18,188 bases of DNA from Bdellovibrionota bacterium (GTDB lineage: Bacteria > Bdellovibrionota_C > UBA2361 > OMIW01): contig JBIJBT010000057.1 in assembly GCA_044345055.1 (NCBI GenBank), forward strand, positions 1 to 18,188. The letters run 5' to 3'. A program made the position numbers and the translations under genes. Each line of letters begins with the position of its first letter. Position 1 is the first letter of the stretch. Positions 17,058-18,188 of this stretch are shown here, piece by piece. The notes below the pieces were generated by a model that saw only the letters and a program-made list of their open reading frames with translations, made no database searches and was not told where the DNA came from.

Positions 17058-18188
17058 ATGCAGGGGACGGAGGACTTGTCGAAGATCGATCGTAAGGGTT
17101 TCTCTCGAGAGCTTGATGAGCTGCGTGGTCGAATAATGGGCCGATTATCGTCTGAAGATCTGAATCATCTTCGTCGGCTTGAATGGAGGGGAAGAGCTGC
17201 GACGATTATCGGTTTTTTATCCGCTCCCGCTGGTTGGTATCCTATTTCGGCCTTCCTTATTAGTTTCGGTTTGGTGACCCGGTGGATGATCGCGCACCAC
17301 GTGCTGCACCGCGGCTACGATCACGTCCCCGGGGTGCCGGAACGTTATACGAGCAAGCGATTTGGTAAAGGTTGGCGCCGTTTTGTTGATTGGTTCGATT
17401 GGATTACACCAGAGGCTTGGGCTCACGAGCACAACGTCCTCCATCACTACGATACAGGAGGCCCATCCGATCCGGACCTTGTCGAGCGGCATCTCGAGAT
17501 ATTGCGACAAAGTAGCCTGCCTCTATATCGAAAATATCTCTATGTTGCAGCGCTTGCGTTGACCTGGAAGTGGTCTTATTACGCACCTCAAACTATGACC
17601 GTTTTGCTTCCGCAGCGGGCGACACATAAAACTTATGCAAAACAGGAACGGGTCACCTATCGTAAAATGCTCTGCTTCGACAAGGAGGTAGTTCGTCGAT
17701 TGTGGCTTGAGTGCTATCTTCCATTTTTGAGTGTCCATTTCATCCTAATTCCGCTTCTTTTTTTGCCACTCGGTTTTCATGCAGTTATTACCGTACTTCT
17801 AACGAGAATGCTCGCTGAGTGTTTTACAAATCTTCACACCTTCCTGGTCATCGGTCCAAATCATTCGGGCGATGATCTTTTCCGATTCGATAGGCAGTTT
17901 GCGGACAAAGATGAGTTTTATCTGAGTCAGGTGCTCGGCAGTGTAGATTTTCGTACCGGTGGCGATTGGAACGATCATCTCCACAAATTTCTAAACTATC
18001 AGATCGAACATCACCTTTTCCCCGATGTCCCCCTTCGGCAGTATCAATTTATTCAGCCCGAGGTGAAGGCGCTTTGCAAACGTTACGGCGTGCCATATGT
18101 TCAGGATTCGGTTTTTCGGCGAGCCTGGATGCTGGTGCAAATCTGCGTTGGCAATCGATCGATGATGAGACTCTCCGGACTCTCCGAG
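17058..18188 (+). CDS. Membrane fatty acid desaturase (DesA3-like), 3'-partial
   Basis: Translated by hand; absent from the ORF track, presumably because no stop occurs in the window. It is open for 377 codons (MQGTEDLSKIDRKGF...) with His boxes HHVLH, HNVLHH and QIEHHLFP. An alternative in-frame ATG is at 17037. Confidence 0.93.
   Translation, partial: MQGTEDLSKIDRKGFSRELDELRGRIMGRLSSEDLNHLRRLEWRGRAATIIGFLSAPAGWYPISAFLISFGLVTRWMIAHHVLHRGYDHVPGVPERYTSKRFGKGWRRFVDWFDWITPEAWAHEHNVLHHYDTGGPSDPDLVERHLEILRQSSLPLYRKYLYVAALALTWKWSYYAPQTMTVLLPQRATHKTYAKQERVTYRKMLCFDKEVVRRLWLECYLPFLSVHFILIPLLFLPLGFHAVITVLLTRMLAECFTNLHTFLVIGPNHSGDDLFRFDRQFADKDEFYLSQVLGSVDFRTGGDWNDHLHKFLNYQIEHHLFPDVPLRQYQFIQPEVKALCKRYGVPYVQDSVFRRAWMLVQICVGNRSMMRLSGLSE

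Noticed and set aside
17217..17984. Five short ORFs of 60-97 aa
   Set aside because: They are alternate-frame or antisense shadows of the desaturase CDS. The same applies to the other short ORFs nested inside the main genes.
18169..18186. GACTCTCCG twice at the right edge
   Set aside because: Only two in-frame 9-bp copies at the window boundary, too little to call a repeat array.

Overview
Bacterial DNA, mostly housekeeping and accessory genes, with about 17 CDSs and no rRNA, tRNA, CRISPR array or transposase. Minus strand, left to right: a C-terminally truncated M3A oligopeptidase (PrlC/OpdA-like), an MFS transporter, ribD, a Gfo/Idh/MocA oxidoreductase, serC, nadB, a membrane-anchored SLT lytic transglycosylase, queE, queD, an ABC1/UbiB kinase, a TetR-like protein and a small membrane protein. 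Plus strand: an orphan exported protein (4880-5518), YceI, a GT2-TPR glycosyltransferase, and a fatty acid desaturase that runs off the right edge and is absent from the supplied ORF track. Most notable: (1) the peptidase gene breaks at about nt 105 into DNA carrying an exact IHF consensus and two TTTTTGGGGG direct repeats, like an integrase att arm; (2) the orphan protein looks like a secretin-N0/STN domain tethered by a C-terminal membrane anchor; (3) a 24-bp tandem array starts at the SLT stop codon, upstream of nadB; (4) QueE has an atypical CX3CX8C radical SAM motif. All family calls come from motif recognition by eye; no searches were run. I cannot demonstrate a complete novel multi-gene system here.
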